Positions 38,481-49,343 of a stretch of DNA of 64,000 nucleotides are shown here, one piece after another. The stretch lies in NCBI RefSeq assembly GCF_000007005.1, contig NC_002754.1; one strand, 5' to 3'. A program made the translations under genes and the position numbers. The stretch is from Saccharolobus solfataricus P2. Lineage in GTDB: Archaea; Thermoproteota; Thermoprotei_A; Sulfolobales; Sulfolobaceae. The notes below the pieces were generated by a model that saw only the letters and a list, made by a program, of their open reading frames with translations, did no database searches and was not told where the DNA came from. The stretch's first letter is position 1; each line of letters begins with the position of its first letter.

Positions 38481-40262
38481 TTGAGTGATATGGGATTAAA
38501 AGATGTTATTGTAGATATTTTCCAACTTGACAAAGATTGGACTACAAGAATTGTTATGGGAATGTTAGTTTTAGGTGTAATATGGGGCTTATTAGGTGTT
38601 ATTGATTCATTAATGGTTAGATTAGTTGAGGCTTCGTGGGGACTTTCGGCTGTCTTACCTTTAACTCCTCAAGAATATTTCGCTGGTATAACATTACATG
38701 CTGAAAGGGACTTATTCGGTTTTGCTCAACAAGTTATTTACGCAATATTTATATATTTTACAATAAAGCTTCTAAACATAGAACCTAGAGCCAAGTGGAT
38801 GCTTAATCTCGGCTTTATTGCAGTTAATATTTCAATGATGTTTATGGAGGGACCAATTTTAATTATACCAGCAGCGGGTTTTGATAACTACTTCTCCGCT
38901 ACAATATGGTATTATCTCTCACCACTAGGAATACCGGGTTATTCTCAATATGTTGTCAGCCCATTATTTTTCTGGGGCTGGATATTACTGGATGCTTTCA
39001 CTTATATTGGTGGTTTCTGGATAGTATATCATTACTACTTAGCTAGTAAAAATATGAAAGAAAAACTTCCAGTTCCTCTTGTTTACTTCTTAATGGTCAC
39101 CTTAATGTTCATGATAGGGTATTCCGGTGTTACAGCTGCTGATGTATGGGATGTTTTAGCGTTCTATCACATAGTAGGATTAGATCCAATAGCAAATCAG
39201 ATAGCGTTCTGGATATTTGGCCATGCGATAGTTTACATGGCTTGGGTCCCTGCAGTAGGTGCATTATATCTACTAATACCAATGTTAGCTAACAAACCAT
39301 TATATAGTGACAGAATGGGAAGAATATCTGCACTATTATACTTAATATTCTCTAACAATGTTCCTATCCATCACTTATACATGGTCAATCTTCCCATAGC
39401 ATTAAAGTTACTCCAAGAAGTTCTAACATATTCCGTAGTAATACCTTCCATGATGACATTCTTTAACTTGTGGGCAACCGCAAAGGGAGCTGATGTAAAG
39501 TGGAATATTATAACCGCCTGGACTGTTACCTCATTCGCTGGGGCAATAGCAGCTGGTGTTACTGGTATATCTAACGCAACTATAAGCTTTGACGCAATAG
39601 TTCATAACACGGATTGGGTTGTTGGACACTTTCATGCAATGATACTATTCTCCATAGTGCCTGCGGCATGGGCAGTATTATACATTATGATAACTATGAT
39701 GAGTGGAAGGATATGGTTCTCTAAGGGAATGGCATGGTTACATTATATTGGTTATATGATAGGCACTACATTTCTAATCGTGGGATTTGAACTAATAGGA
39801 TTCTACGGCGTAGTTAGGAGGGCTGAGATTTATCCTAGAGTACCTGGGCTAATTGATGCTGAAGTAATAGCAACTGTTGGTGCAATTATAGCCGATTTAG
39901 CTACTTTAGTATGGTTCTTAAATCTAGTATTAACTTTAGTTAAAGGGAGACTAGTAAGGCTAGAGGGACTATCATTGCCTCAAGTTGCTGGTGCAGTAGC
40001 AATGAGTTTAGAATGGCCATCTTCAATCTCGTTTACTAGCCCAGTTTTGAAGTTTATAAAAACTCACAATACTAGCAAAAAAGGTCTAGCGTCAACTATA
40101 GTATTAGCAATTGTTGGTGCAATACTTATCGTAGTTAGTGCTGTTCCGTTGGCTTTTGCAGGTGATGCTTACACTCCACAAACTTGGATTTGGATTACTA
40201 TTCTTACAATCGGAATTATTTTTTCAGCTATTGGTTCTCTTAAAGGTATGAAGTCTATTTGA
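38481..40262 (+). CDS. doxB: Heme-copper terminal oxidase subunit I (DoxB)
   Basis: [20 protein letters not shown] and GHFHAM metal ligands. Confidence 0.9.
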   Translation: MSDMGLKDVIVDIFQLDKDWTTRIVMGMLVLGVIWGLLGVIDSLMVRLVEASWGLSAVLPLTPQEYFAGITLHAERDLFGFAQQVIYAIFIYFTIKLLNIEPRAKWMLNLGFIAVNISMMFMEGPILIIPAAGFDNYFSATIWYYLSPLGIPGYSQYVVSPLFFWGWILLDAFTYIGGFWIVYHYYLASKNMKEKLPVPLVYFLMVTLMFMIGYSGVTAADVWDVLAFYHIVGLDPIANQIAFWIFGHAIVYMAWVPAVGALYLLIPMLANKPLYSDRMGRISALLYLIFSNNVPIHHLYMVNLPIALKLLQEVLTYSVVIPSMMTFFNLWATAKGADVKWNIITAWTVTSFAGAIAAGVTGISNATISFDAIVHNTDWVVGHFHAMILFSIVPAAWAVLYIMITMMSGRIWFSKGMAWLHYIGYMIGTTFLIVGFELIGFYGVVRRAEIYPRVPGLIDAEVIATVGAIIADLATLVWFLNLVLTLVKGRLVRLEGLSLPQVAGAVAMSLEWPSSISFTSPVLKFIKTHNTSKKGLASTIVLAIVGAILIVVSAVPLAFAGDAYTPQTWIWITILTIGIIFSAIGSLKGMKSI

Positions 40263-40263
40263 G

Positions 40264-41331
40264 GTGATTAAAGTGGATAGGAAAGAAAAATTTGAACTTT
40301 ATTGGGTTATATATGTAATTGTACTATTCGCAATAGTAATAGGTGCGACTGCACCTGCAGTATATACCGTAGGAGGCGATTTGTCCTCTGTCCAAGCTGG
40401 GATTATAATTCCAAACACCGCCGTTAATGAGGGAAAGGTCATACAAGGTACATTATATGCTTATCAGTATTATTTCGCCATAAAAGAAAATGGAGGGAGT
40501 ATTACTTCTAACGAGCTAGGAAGTCCGTATTATTATAACATAATGGTAGCACATCCCGGCCAATATATTAACTTAACTATGTATGCTGCACCACACATGG
40601 CTACTGCTAATTTCTACTACCCAGATTACGCTACACACGTCGATGATGTTCAGATAGTTCCTGGTCTAGTTCAGTATGCACCAGTAGTGGTTCCTAATAT
40701 TAGCGGTGCTTTTGCCTTTCTAAACGGTGAGTATAATGGTCCTTGGTTTAGTTATCAAGAAGGATTATTATTAGTACTACCCTATCAAGGATATATGAGC
40801 CAAACTGACGTTAGTAAGTACATTACGCAAACCCATTTGGCCCAAACAAGTACTCTGGTTGGCGATCCGTATAATCCCCCTATTGTAGTTTATAATACCA
40901 CAATGACTCCAACAGTTGATCTTGTTGCGGATCAATATGCAATATTTAATAATTCTGTTCCCGGTCCAACAGCAGTAGTGCTAGCTAACTCCAATGTGAC
41001 CGTAAACATGTATATTCCAACTCCTAATAGTGATCATAACTTCCTGTACAACTATTCCACCAGTGGTACCCCCTATCCAGTGAGAAATGTTTACATAGGC
41101 ATTTACGCAGTGTGGTGGAATGGTAGTATAACATTAGTAAAGCAAGTTCCCATACCATATGATAAGACGATAACTTTCACTTTTACAGCCAATGCGCCGG
41201 CTTATCTATATGGTTTAATCACTCCAGTTTACTATAATTATAATTTCATGAATATGTCTAATACTCTAACCGGAGAACAATACGGATATGTAATGGGATT
41301 ATGGGGTACAATTTTGGTTGAACAAGGGTGA
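40264..41331 (+). CDS. doxC: Terminal oxidase subunit DoxC (subunit II-like, no CuA)
   Basis: N-terminal TM then a cupredoxin-like domain; follows doxB. Confidence 0.78.
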   Translation: MIKVDRKEKFELYWVIYVIVLFAIVIGATAPAVYTVGGDLSSVQAGIIIPNTAVNEGKVIQGTLYAYQYYFAIKENGGSITSNELGSPYYYNIMVAHPGQYINLTMYAAPHMATANFYYPDYATHVDDVQIVPGLVQYAPVVVPNISGAFAFLNGEYNGPWFSYQEGLLLVLPYQGYMSQTDVSKYITQTHLAQTSTLVGDPYNPPIVVYNTTMTPTVDLVADQYAIFNNSVPGPTAVVLANSNVTVNMYIPTPNSDHNFLYNYSTSGTPYPVRNVYIGIYAVWWNGSITLVKQVPIPYDKTITFTFTANAPAYLYGLITPVYYNYNFMNMSNTLTGEQYGYVMGLWGTILVEQG

Positions 41332-41528
41332 TGAATATGGTTAGCTTCTTTAAGTTATTAGGTATAGGGTATATATTAGCAATTGCATTATTAGTGTGGG
41401 AGCTAACTGAGGAAACGCTTCACGCTGCAGCTACTAGCTATATTTTACCATTTACAATTGGTGCCTTTATAGGGTTTATATCATTCTTTCTGTTCGTCTA
41501 TTTTGCACCCGAAGAAGAACATAAATAA
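41328..41528 (+). CDS. doxE: Small terminal oxidase subunit DoxE
   Basis: 66 aa, two TM helices, overlaps the doxC stop; T-rich terminator follows. Confidence 0.7.
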   Translation: MMNMVSFFKLLGIGYILAIALLVWELTEETLHAAATSYILPFTIGAFIGFISFFLFVYFAPEEEHK

Positions 41529-41624
41529 TTGAAGGTAATTTCTTTTTTTAATTATTTTTGATTATCATCATACAGAGTAAAACTTTTTAAGCTAAACTAA
41601 CTTAGTATATATTAGTGAGATAAT

Positions 41625-41819
41625 ATGCAACGAATTGATAAGTCCATGGCTATAAGTGGAATTGTAATACTGAGTCTTTCACTTATAATGCTACTAATGG
41701 CAATATTCTCATCCTCAATGTTAGCGTGGCTTGCACCGGAACCTAGATACTATATACCAACTTTAGGTTTTATAATATCTTCATTTTTGCTAGCTTGTTG
41801 TAAGACTACTAGTAAATAA
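41625..41819 (+). CDS. Small membrane protein (possible DoxF)
   Basis: 64 aa, two TM helices, own TATA-like box, downstream of doxE. Confidence 0.5.
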   Translation: MQRIDKSMAISGIVILSLSLIMLLMAIFSSSMLAWLAPEPRYYIPTLGFIISSFLLACCKTTSK

Positions 41820-42533
41820 AGAGACAAAATTCTTGTATATTTTCTCCTCAATTTCTATTTCTTCAATCCTTTTTAATAGACTAATTTGCTTAACAACAAT
41901 TTTCACGTTACATGGTTTATTTCTACTCATTTTTTCAGGACCCATAAACGGTGAATCAGTCTCTGTAAGGATGAAATCTAAAGGAATTTCCTTAGCAACT
42001 TTTTGTCTAACCTTATCCCTTACTATTATTGGAGGAATTGATATTAATCCGCCGTACTCAATTACCTTATTGGCTATCTTAACGCTTCCTTCAAAACTGT
42101 GTATCACAAATCTAATCCTATAGGAGTTAATTATTTCCAAGAAATCTTTCATTCCTCCTCTTATATGGATTATTACTGGTTTGTTTTCTTTTTCGGCTAT
42201 TTGCAAAAATTTCTCCAGAACTTCTATTTGTTTTTTCCTAAGATCCTCGTCTTTTATCCAAAAGTAATCTAAACCGACTTCACTTATTATCTTCCCATAC
42301 CTAGTTAATTCCAAACACTTATCAATCTCATTAACCTTATCCTTTACAAATTCTGGATGAAAACCTATTGCTGGAATAATATTCTTATATTTTTTAGCTA
42401 GCTCCAGTGTATGTAAATTACTTTGGAAATCGACACCAGCATTCACTATTAATATTTGGCATTCATTTATTACGAATTCCCTATCCATGTCAAATTCCTT
42501 TACATCAATATGAGCATGGGAATCTACTAACAT
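41790..42533 (-). CDS. tatD: TatD-family metal-dependent nuclease
   Basis: DSHAH, GFHP, EVGLDY, IH.R, HSF and ETDSPF. Confidence 0.92.
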   Translation of the reverse strand: MLVDSHAHIDVKEFDMDREFVINECQILIVNAGVDFQSNLHTLELAKKYKNIIPAIGFHPEFVKDKVNEIDKCLELTRYGKIISEVGLDYFWIKDEDLRKKQIEVLEKFLQIAEKENKPVIIHIRGGMKDFLEIINSYRIRFVIHSFEGSVKIANKVIEYGGLISIPPIIVRDKVRQKVAKEIPLDFILTETDSPFMGPEKMSRNKPCNVKIVVKQISLLKRIEEIEIEEKIYKNFVSLFTSSLTTS

Positions 42534-42540
42534 TAAGGAA

Positions 42541-42564
42541 AAAGAGAAAAAAATACTTAAAAAA
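42541..42564 (-). terminator. Oligo-T terminator after sso7c4
   Basis: The minus strand carries several oligo-T runs right after the stop codon. Confidence 0.55.
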
Positions 42565-42729
42565 TTACTTCCAAGGTTCTTTCAATAACTGTATTTTTAC
42601 TACTCCCTCACTTTCATCAAAAGTTACCTTTACTAGATCTCCCTCTTTAATCTGGAACTTCTGTCTCACTTTGGCTGGAATCGTTACTTGATAGTTTCTT
42701 GATACTTTTACTATTTCTTCTACTGCCAT
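42565..42729 (-). CDS. sso7c4: AbrB/SpoVT-fold chromatin protein Sso7c4, 54 aa (missed by ORF track)
   Basis: Translated by hand: MAVEEIVKVSRNYQVTIPAKVRQKFQIKEGDLVKVTFDESEGVVKIQLLKEPWK*; QVTIP..VR....I..GD AbrB motif. Confidence 0.88.
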   Translation of the reverse strand: MAVEEIVKVSRNYQVTIPAKVRQKFQIKEGDLVKVTFDESEGVVKIQLLKEPWK

Positions 42730-42930
42730 TCTATTCACCATAATACTCTATTACTTATCTAATATATAAATCTTACTCAGATTTGTAAATAATAGATACT
42801 AGTACATAAGTGAGAATGATGTAGTAATGCTTTATATCCAAAGTATATTAGTAATACTTAATAGTAACTATTTTTGTATAATACTTGCATTAGAGGTTTA
42901 TAGATTCAATAGTTACCTTACTATGGTTGG

Positions 42931-42944
42931 AAAAAATTTTTATA
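42931..42944 (+). promoter_or_regulatory. BRE/TATA box for sta1
   Basis: AAAAAATTTTTATA ends 33 bp before the start codon. Confidence 0.55.
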
Positions 42945-42977
42945 TGTGACTTGTTAGATTCTTTATTAGTGAGATAA

Positions 42978-43367
42978 ATGTCTGAAACCCAATTAAGTGA
43001 GGGCACAAGAATAAAGTTACCATCTGGAAAGGATGCTGGTCTAGTAGATATTTTGTCATTTTGCTACGGTCTATCAGAAACTGATGTTACAGTACTACTT
43101 GCACTAATGAAAGGCGATGCCAGAGGTACTGAAGAATTAGAAAGTGATCTTAAGCTTTCTAAGGCTTCGATCAATAGAAGTCTAAATAAGCTACTTGAAA
43201 TGGGATTAGTAATGAGGATAAAGGAGCCAGGTAATAAGGCTGGAAGACCAAGGTATTTGTACAAGGCAAGGGATTACGCTGAGCTTAAAGGTAAGATGCT
43301 TAGCGATATAAAGGATTGCGCAGATAAGATGGCACAACTAGTTGAAAAGGAATTCAAGCCATTGTAA
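42978..43367 (+). CDS. sta1: Lrs14-like winged-helix regulator (Sta1, SSO0048)
   Basis: FCYGLSETDV, LSKASINRSLNKL..MGLV and GRPRYLY; 129 aa. Confidence 0.82.
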   Translation: MSETQLSEGTRIKLPSGKDAGLVDILSFCYGLSETDVTVLLALMKGDARGTEELESDLKLSKASINRSLNKLLEMGLVMRIKEPGNKAGRPRYLYKARDYAELKGKMLSDIKDCADKMAQLVEKEFKPL

Positions 43368-43433
43368 TTTTTTCAAGATTTCTCTATTTTTAGTACTTTA
43401 GATTTAAAAGCTTTAATATAATAGTGAATATTA

Positions 43434-43829
43434 ATGTTTTGGCATAGGAGAAGAGGGTTAAAGTGGCTTATATTATACGTCTTATCTAAGGGTCCAATGA
43501 CAGGTGCTCAAATTATGGATGAGATAGAGAAGACAAGTCATGGTATGTGGAGACCATCTCCGGGTTCTATCTATCCTGCATTAGACGCTCTGGAATCTGA
43601 GGGTTTAATAAGGATTAGCAGAGTCGATGGATGGAAAAAATATTATGAGTTAACAGAAGAGGGTAGAAAAGCTATAGGAGCTATGTCAGAGGAGGATAAA
43701 ATCAAAGAAGCAATAGAACAATTGGAGTTCTCCGCTAGATACATAGTCGAGAATCTAGAGAAATTAAATGACGAAGATAAGCGAAAAGTGAAAAATATAT
43801 TGGACGAATTAAGTAAAGTTATGCGATAG
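43434..43829 (+). CDS. PadR-family transcriptional regulator
   Basis: WRPSPGSIYPAL..LE.EG and YYELTEEG. Confidence 0.92.
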   Translation: MFWHRRRGLKWLILYVLSKGPMTGAQIMDEIEKTSHGMWRPSPGSIYPALDALESEGLIRISRVDGWKKYYELTEEGRKAIGAMSEEDKIKEAIEQLEFSARYIVENLEKLNDEDKRKVKNILDELSKVMR

Positions 43830-43862
43830 ATTTTTATTTGATAAGTTATATTTACTATCAAT

Positions 43863-44612
43863 ATGCCTATTGAAGTTTATGAGTATGACAAATACATTTT
43901 ATTGAAATTTTATCAAGCTGATAATAGATACAATCTATTTAATGTTGAGTTTATGACACAGATGATAGATGTTTTATCGGCAATCAATGAGAACAAGGGA
44001 AAAAGATTTCTCGTCATTAGAGGAGAAGATAACTTTGGTGCAGGTGCAGATATAAGAGAATTAATTAAAGCCTCTAATGATAGTGAATTTGCAGTTACAT
44101 TCTTTACCTATATGAGGGAAGTATTTCATAAGATGCTTGATTTAAATAAAATAGTTATTTCTCAAGTGAAAAAAATAGCCTATGGAGCTTCTATGGAATT
44201 ATTGTTATTCTCAGATTACGTGATATCAGAAAAAAAGGCAATGTTTGCAACACCGGGTGTGAAAATAGGCGTATTTCCCCCAGTTCTCTCATCAGTTGGC
44301 CATTTTATATTAGGCTATAATAACGTTAAGAGAATTGCAATGAAAGGTGATGTTATTGATACAAATGAGGCTAAATCTATTGGCCTAGTACATATTATTG
44401 ACGACGACTTAGACAAGGCAACTTTAGATTTAATAGAAGAACTATCGACCCTTGCGCCTTCTGCAACATTGTATATAAAAAGAAATATGTTGAGGACATT
44501 TAGAAATTATATTGATAAAGCCTTTGATGATCTTATTGTACAAATCCAGAGTGAGGAGGCAAGAGAGGGGCTGTTAAGCTTTCTTAATAAGACTAATCCT
44601 CCTTGGATTTAG
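43863..44612 (+). CDS. Enoyl-CoA hydratase/isomerase family protein
   Basis: FGAGADI, AYGASMEL and FATPGVKIG (the second catalytic Glu is replaced by Gly). Confidence 0.87.
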   Translation: MPIEVYEYDKYILLKFYQADNRYNLFNVEFMTQMIDVLSAINENKGKRFLVIRGEDNFGAGADIRELIKASNDSEFAVTFFTYMREVFHKMLDLNKIVISQVKKIAYGASMELLLFSDYVISEKKAMFATPGVKIGVFPPVLSSVGHFILGYNNVKRIAMKGDVIDTNEAKSIGLVHIIDDDLDKATLDLIEELSTLAPSATLYIKRNMLRTFRNYIDKAFDDLIVQIQSEEAREGLLSFLNKTNPPWI

Positions 44613-45619
44613 CTAATTTCCCTTAACCTTAAAAGTCGCCCTCCCGCATAAAGGAAGACTATAGTAAAGAGGAAGACTATAGAGACCAGTATGGGATTAG
44701 GTGATATACCATATACTATCAGATCTCTTATAATTGTTATGATTACAGATAATGGTTGATATTCAACGAATATTCTTACTATTGGCGGATATACGTTAGG
44801 AGGAAAGAACGCATTACTTAAGAACATCAGCGGAAATACTAGAACATTAGCCACTATCTCCGAAAGAAATATTTTATCCTTTGGTGTCAATCCGTAGATT
44901 ATAGCTCCTAGACCGCCAAACAGTAAAGTTGCAATTACTAAAAATCCAAGAAATTCTATGCCTATTATTGGTATAAAACCAAATAGAATTCCTAAAATTA
45001 TTACTGCAGTTGTGGAAATTAATGTTATAATTATCACGTAGATTATTAGCGAGATCACCCATTCATAACTCTTTAACGGCGATGTAGCTAATCTTTCGAT
45101 TATTCTATCCCTAAAATAACTAGCAGAAACTCCTATCGTACTAAGTATTCCATTAGAGAGTGAGATTATTCCTATTATTCCGGATATTAAGTAATTATAA
45201 TAAGTATAATTTGATATCTGTAAAACTGTAAAATCGTATGTGTTATTTACCTTTTGATAGTACTGCTCAATGACCGATTCCAATACTGGTACGAACTCCT
45301 GATTTTGCTTGCTAGTATATATTGTAAAGCTAGACCCATTCGATATAACGTAAATATAGTCATGTTCAGCTGCGTATTTTAGACTTACGTTAGTTACTCC
45401 TTGGAATATTTCTGTAGAATTCAGATACTTTGCTAGACCATAATTTCCTTCTACAGCGACAGTAACGTGAAAATAGCTACTAAATCCTCCAAATACAAGA
45501 CCAAATAGTAGTGTTATGATAATAGGAAAGACGATAATCCAGAAGATTACAAATCTATTTCTTAAATTATCCTTAACTAATGCAGAAACAGTTAGTAATA
45601 TCCTATTCATTGTTCTCAC
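44609..45619 (-). CDS. ABC-2 type exporter permease
   Basis: FWIIVFP, ERLATSPL and FLSNAFFP; six TM segments. Confidence 0.9.
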   Translation of the reverse strand: MRTMNRILLTVSALVKDNLRNRFVIFWIIVFPIIITLLFGLVFGGFSSYFHVTVAVEGNYGLAKYLNSTEIFQGVTNVSLKYAAEHDYIYVISNGSSFTIYTSKQNQEFVPVLESVIEQYYQKVNNTYDFTVLQISNYTYYNYLISGIIGIISLSNGILSTIGVSASYFRDRIIERLATSPLKSYEWVISLIIYVIIITLISTTAVIILGILFGFIPIIGIEFLGFLVIATLLFGGLGAIIYGLTPKDKIFLSEIVANVLVFPLMFLSNAFFPPNVYPPIVRIFVEYQPLSVIITIIRDLIVYGISPNPILVSIVFLFTIVFLYAGGRLLRLREIS

Positions 45620-46343
45620 TATCTTCTAAAGACTTAATTAATTCTAGATAAGCGTCTTCTAAATTAGTAGCCTTAAATTCTGCCATTATTTCGTCTGCTG
45701 TTGAGACTTTTATTAATTTGCCTCCATATAGTATCGCAACTCTATCCGATAGCTTTTGCGCTTCATCTAGATAATGCGTTGTTAGGAAGATTGTTACTCC
45801 CTTATTTTTCATCATCTTTATAATTTCCCAAAATCCTCTTCTAGCCTTAGGATCTAGACCCACAGTTGGTTCATCCAAAAATAAAATTTCTTGGCTTCCT
45901 GCAAATGCAGATGCAATTCCTACTCTTCGTACATAACCCCCAGATAAATATCTTAGTTTCTGATTTTTTACCTTTTCTAAATCTAATAATGAAATTAATT
46001 CATCAACTTGCGTTTCCTTCCCATTATATAATTTGACAAAATACTCTATATTCTCCCTTACAGTCAAATCTAAAAATCCTTGATAGTCTTGTGGCATTAC
46101 CCCAATCCTTTCTCTAATCTTTCCACACTCATTCGGTACCTTATATCCGATTACCTTAACCTCTCCCCTAGTTGGCTTTAGCACACAAGAGAGTATTTTC
46201 ACAGTTGTTGTCTTCCCTGCTCCATTTGGCCCGAGCAATGAAAATATTTCGCCTTTATAAACTGTAAACGAGATCCCCCTTAATACTTCTTTATCCTTGT
46301 ATTCTTTATATAAGTCCTTAACCTCAACTATAACATTAGTCAT
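45603..46343 (-). CDS. ABC exporter ATP-binding protein
   Basis: GPNGAGKTT, LSGG and LDEPTVGLD. Confidence 0.95.
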   Translation of the reverse strand: MTNVIVEVKDLYKEYKDKEVLRGISFTVYKGEIFSLLGPNGAGKTTTVKILSCVLKPTRGEVKVIGYKVPNECGKIRERIGVMPQDYQGFLDLTVRENIEYFVKLYNGKETQVDELISLLDLEKVKNQKLRYLSGGYVRRVGIASAFAGSQEILFLDEPTVGLDPKARRGFWEIIKMMKNKGVTIFLTTHYLDEAQKLSDRVAILYGGKLIKVSTADEIMAEFKATNLEDAYLELIKSLEDSENNE

Positions 46344-46371
46344 ATATGCTAATTATTTCATAATAGTTAAT

Positions 46372-47328
46372 GTGAATTTCGGTAAAGTTCCTATCAATAA
46401 ATTTATTTATAATTTACCAATAGGGGACTGTCTCACTTGCCCATCCATAGGTGAGGACGCTGCAGTTCTTGAGGCTAAAGACAAATATTTGATAGTACAT
46501 TCAGATCCAATTACGGAGGCTAAGAGTGACAGTGGCTTTCTTTCAATTGCGGTTGCATGTAACGATATAAATATGAAAGGGGCTCAATGCAGATGGGTAA
46601 ATAGTATCATTTTACTTTCAGATATTTCACACTTAAATGCTACAATTTCTGCAATATCAGAAGCGTGTAACTTAATAGGCTGTAAAGTTGTAGGTGGCCA
46701 TACAGAGGTCTCGGATAAAGTTAAACAAGACATTATAATTACTACTGCAATTGGTGTTTCTAATAAGTTCTTGAGTTATAAGAATGTAAAAGAGGGCATG
46801 AAAGTTGTACTGGTCGGCAGTCCTGGAATAGAAGGAACGTGGATCTTGGCTAAAGATTATGACCAGTTGTTGTTAGAAAAAGGTATAAGCAGGGAGATTA
46901 TCGAAAAGGCAAAGGAGTTTAAGAAGGATATAGTAGTTCAACCGAAGGCTTTAAGTATTTTAGATTACGTGGTTGCAATGCACGATGCTACTGAAGGAGG
47001 AATAATGCAAGCGATGCTTGAGGTCGCAAAAGCCAGTGGTTATACTGTTTCGATTAATTTAGATAAGATTGTGTTGAGACGTGAGACGAAAATTATAACT
47101 AAAGCGTTAAACATTGATCCTTTAAGATTAATCTCTTCTGGGTCTTTTATCGCAGTATCTAACACTCCGGAAAAGATTCTTGAGAGGATAAGTGAGGCAT
47201 ATATAATAGGTGAGATAAAAAGAGGAGATCCGGTTTTAGAGATTAAAGGTGTTGGAACATTTAATCAAGATTTCGAGGAGGAATTGGTCAAGTTTGAAAG
47301 TAATTATCTTGGCTGGGGGAAGGGGTAA
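46372..47328 (+). CDS. AIR synthase/HypE-related PurM-like ATP-binding protein
   Basis: GEDAA, SDPIT, NDI, GGHTE, MHDATEGG and SSGS; start placed at GTG 46372. Confidence 0.8.
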   Translation: MNFGKVPINKFIYNLPIGDCLTCPSIGEDAAVLEAKDKYLIVHSDPITEAKSDSGFLSIAVACNDINMKGAQCRWVNSIILLSDISHLNATISAISEACNLIGCKVVGGHTEVSDKVKQDIIITTAIGVSNKFLSYKNVKEGMKVVLVGSPGIEGTWILAKDYDQLLLEKGISREIIEKAKEFKKDIVVQPKALSILDYVVAMHDATEGGIMQAMLEVAKASGYTVSINLDKIVLRRETKIITKALNIDPLRLISSGSFIAVSNTPEKILERISEAYIIGEIKRGDPVLEIKGVGTFNQDFEEELVKFESNYLGWGKG

Positions 47329-47788
47329 AAGAATAACGCTATTTAAACCGTTCTTAGTAGTTTGCGGTAAACCGCTAATTTCATGGGCTTTTGACGCGGT
47401 AAATAAGTTATCTGACAAGGTATATTTAGGCATTAACCAATCCCATCCGTTGTTCACAATATTTAAGCATTCCATTTTCAAAATATTTCCTACTCCAGAT
47501 ATTTCTTATGAAAACGATGTCAAATACGTGGTTGAGAGTTTAGGGCCACCAATCTTAGTTTTGCCTGTTGATATTGCATTTATTAACAATAATATTATAA
47601 ATAATTTGATTGAGAGATGTGCTGTCGATATGTGTACTCTCAAAAGTTATGGTAGCTATCTCGGTGTCACATATTGGACCGGACTAAATTTTTCAAATTA
47701 TACTGATATTGAAGTAAAGGAGAAGCTATATAACATAAATACTTGGGAAGATTATATTAAAGCCAATAAGGAGTGTAATATACTTTGA
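47294..47788 (+). CDS. MobA/CobY-like NTP transferase
   Basis: ILAGGRGKR...KP....GKPLI, LPVD and NINT.ED; start placed at TTG 47294. Confidence 0.78.
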   Translation: MKVIILAGGRGKRITLFKPFLVVCGKPLISWAFDAVNKLSDKVYLGINQSHPLFTIFKHSIFKIFPTPDISYENDVKYVVESLGPPILVLPVDIAFINNNIINNLIERCAVDMCTLKSYGSYLGVTYWTGLNFSNYTDIEVKEKLYNINTWEDYIKANKECNIL

Positions 47789-48516
47789 AAAGAATAATCA
47801 TCCTTTCGCCTTTTAGAGGGCTTTTTAGATCTCTATTATATTTTTTGTTAGGCCTCATTATGGCGTTAATATCAGCAGGATATTTTTCCCAACTTTTTTC
47901 GATAGTTGGAATAAATAGAGATATTGCAATAATTATTTCAATAACTATTTCATTTCTAAGTCTATTCAGTAGCCCTTTTAACTTGGTTTTAACAGAAGTG
48001 AAAAAGGAGGCTATTGCAATTGAGGAAGATGTTGTATTTTTCTTTGGTTTTCCCATATTTATACCGCGTATATCAAGACAAAATATGAACACATTAATTG
48101 CTGTAAATCTAGGCGGAGCTCTTATCCCATTGGGAGTTTCCTTATTTTTAATGTATGAATTGCAAGCTTATATTGTATATTTTATAATAAATATAATAGT
48201 AGTAATTATTGTGTCAAAACTCTTTTCTAGGGTAATTAGAGGTGTTGGAGTTATAATGCATCCCATAATACCTAGCATATTTTCAGTAATAAGCAGTTAT
48301 GTTCTTTTCTATAAGCTTCATATTCTCATACCCTTATCTGCGTATATTGGAAGCGTACTAGGGACGTTAATAGGTGCTGATTTACTTAACTTGAGAAGAA
48401 TTATTAATGAGGCCAGACCACAAGTTATAAGTATAGGTGGGATGGGTACATTTGATGGTATATTCGTATCTGGTATCATATCCGTATTTATAAGTGAACT
48501 TCTAGTTATTATTTAA
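47785..48516 (+). CDS. DUF1614-type membrane protein
   Basis: IAVNLGGALIP, GTLIGADLLN and SIGG.GTFDGIF. Confidence 0.8.
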   Translation: MKRIIILSPFRGLFRSLLYFLLGLIMALISAGYFSQLFSIVGINRDIAIIISITISFLSLFSSPFNLVLTEVKKEAIAIEEDVVFFFGFPIFIPRISRQNMNTLIAVNLGGALIPLGVSLFLMYELQAYIVYFIINIIVVIIVSKLFSRVIRGVGVIMHPIIPSIFSVISSYVLFYKLHILIPLSAYIGSVLGTLIGADLLNLRRIINEARPQVISIGGMGTFDGIFVSGIISVFISELLVII

Positions 48517-48738
48517 AATACTTTTGCTCCAAATTCTGCTCAATAATACATCACTTACAAAAAGATAAGACAGATAGTCTCAGATATTTCTTTTAATTTT
48601 TATAGTAGATGGCCTCACTTAGATTTCGAACTGATAAAGAGACCATTTAAAGTATAGAGGACGTTAGTATGTCTGCCTTAGATTTATCTCTATCAAATAG
48701 AGTAAATCATTTATAGCCATTAGAAACTATTATAGAAG

Positions 48739-48814
48739 GGGGCCGTAGTCTAGCCTGGACTAGGACGCCAGGCTTGGGCCCTGGTGATCGCGGGTTCAAA
48801 TCCCGCCGGCCCCA
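48739..48814 (+). tRNA. tRNA-Pro(TGG)
   Basis: Acceptor GGGGCCG/CGGCCCC, anticodon arm CCAGG-CTTGGGC-CCTGG, GTTCAAATC T-loop. Confidence 0.95.
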
Positions 48815-48832
48815 CTTACGGGGCTTGAAATT

Positions 48833-49279
48833 ATGACAAAGGATATCGTAAAAAAGCTTGTTATTAATTCGATGAAAAGAGTGAAGATTGGTATATTTTA
48901 CCTTGAGAACGATATGATAGAAGAGGCTCGTAAAGAAATCCAAAAATCTTGGAGGCAAATAATGTCAGCACTCTTGATACTAAACTTGTATAATGCGGAG
49001 GAAAAACAATTCACACACTATAACGTTCCTAGATCAAAGATTTTTAGTGTATCGAAGTCGTTAGAAGATAAAGGTTATAGAGACCTTATTAAAATCTCCT
49101 CAATGTACTTTTCATCACTACAAGAATTACCAAAAAGTGAGATAAAGATTCTTATAACCGTGTTTATTAAAGAAGAAATAGAACACATTAAGGAATGGTT
49201 TAAGGCAATATGGGATGAGAAATTAGATGACGAATTAAACGAGATAAAAAAAGAAAAGCAATGGCTAATACAATCCTAA
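48833..49279 (+). CDS. PaREP1/HEPN-like protein
   Basis: YLE..MIEEARKEIQKSW..IMSAL resembles the PaREP1 helix; lies between two tRNAs. Confidence 0.5.
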   Translation: MTKDIVKKLVINSMKRVKIGIFYLENDMIEEARKEIQKSWRQIMSALLILNLYNAEEKQFTHYNVPRSKIFSVSKSLEDKGYRDLIKISSMYFSSLQELPKSEIKILITVFIKEEIEHIKEWFKAIWDEKLDDELNEIKKEKQWLIQS

Positions 49280-49343
49280 TAAAACTTTTACTTTGACGTT
49301 AACTAAAGATAACTTTTTAATCCATTATTAGTATTTTTATCAC

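Noticed and set aside
48707-48958. 83-aa minus-strand ORF
   Set aside because: It is antisense to tRNA-Pro and the PaREP1-like gene.
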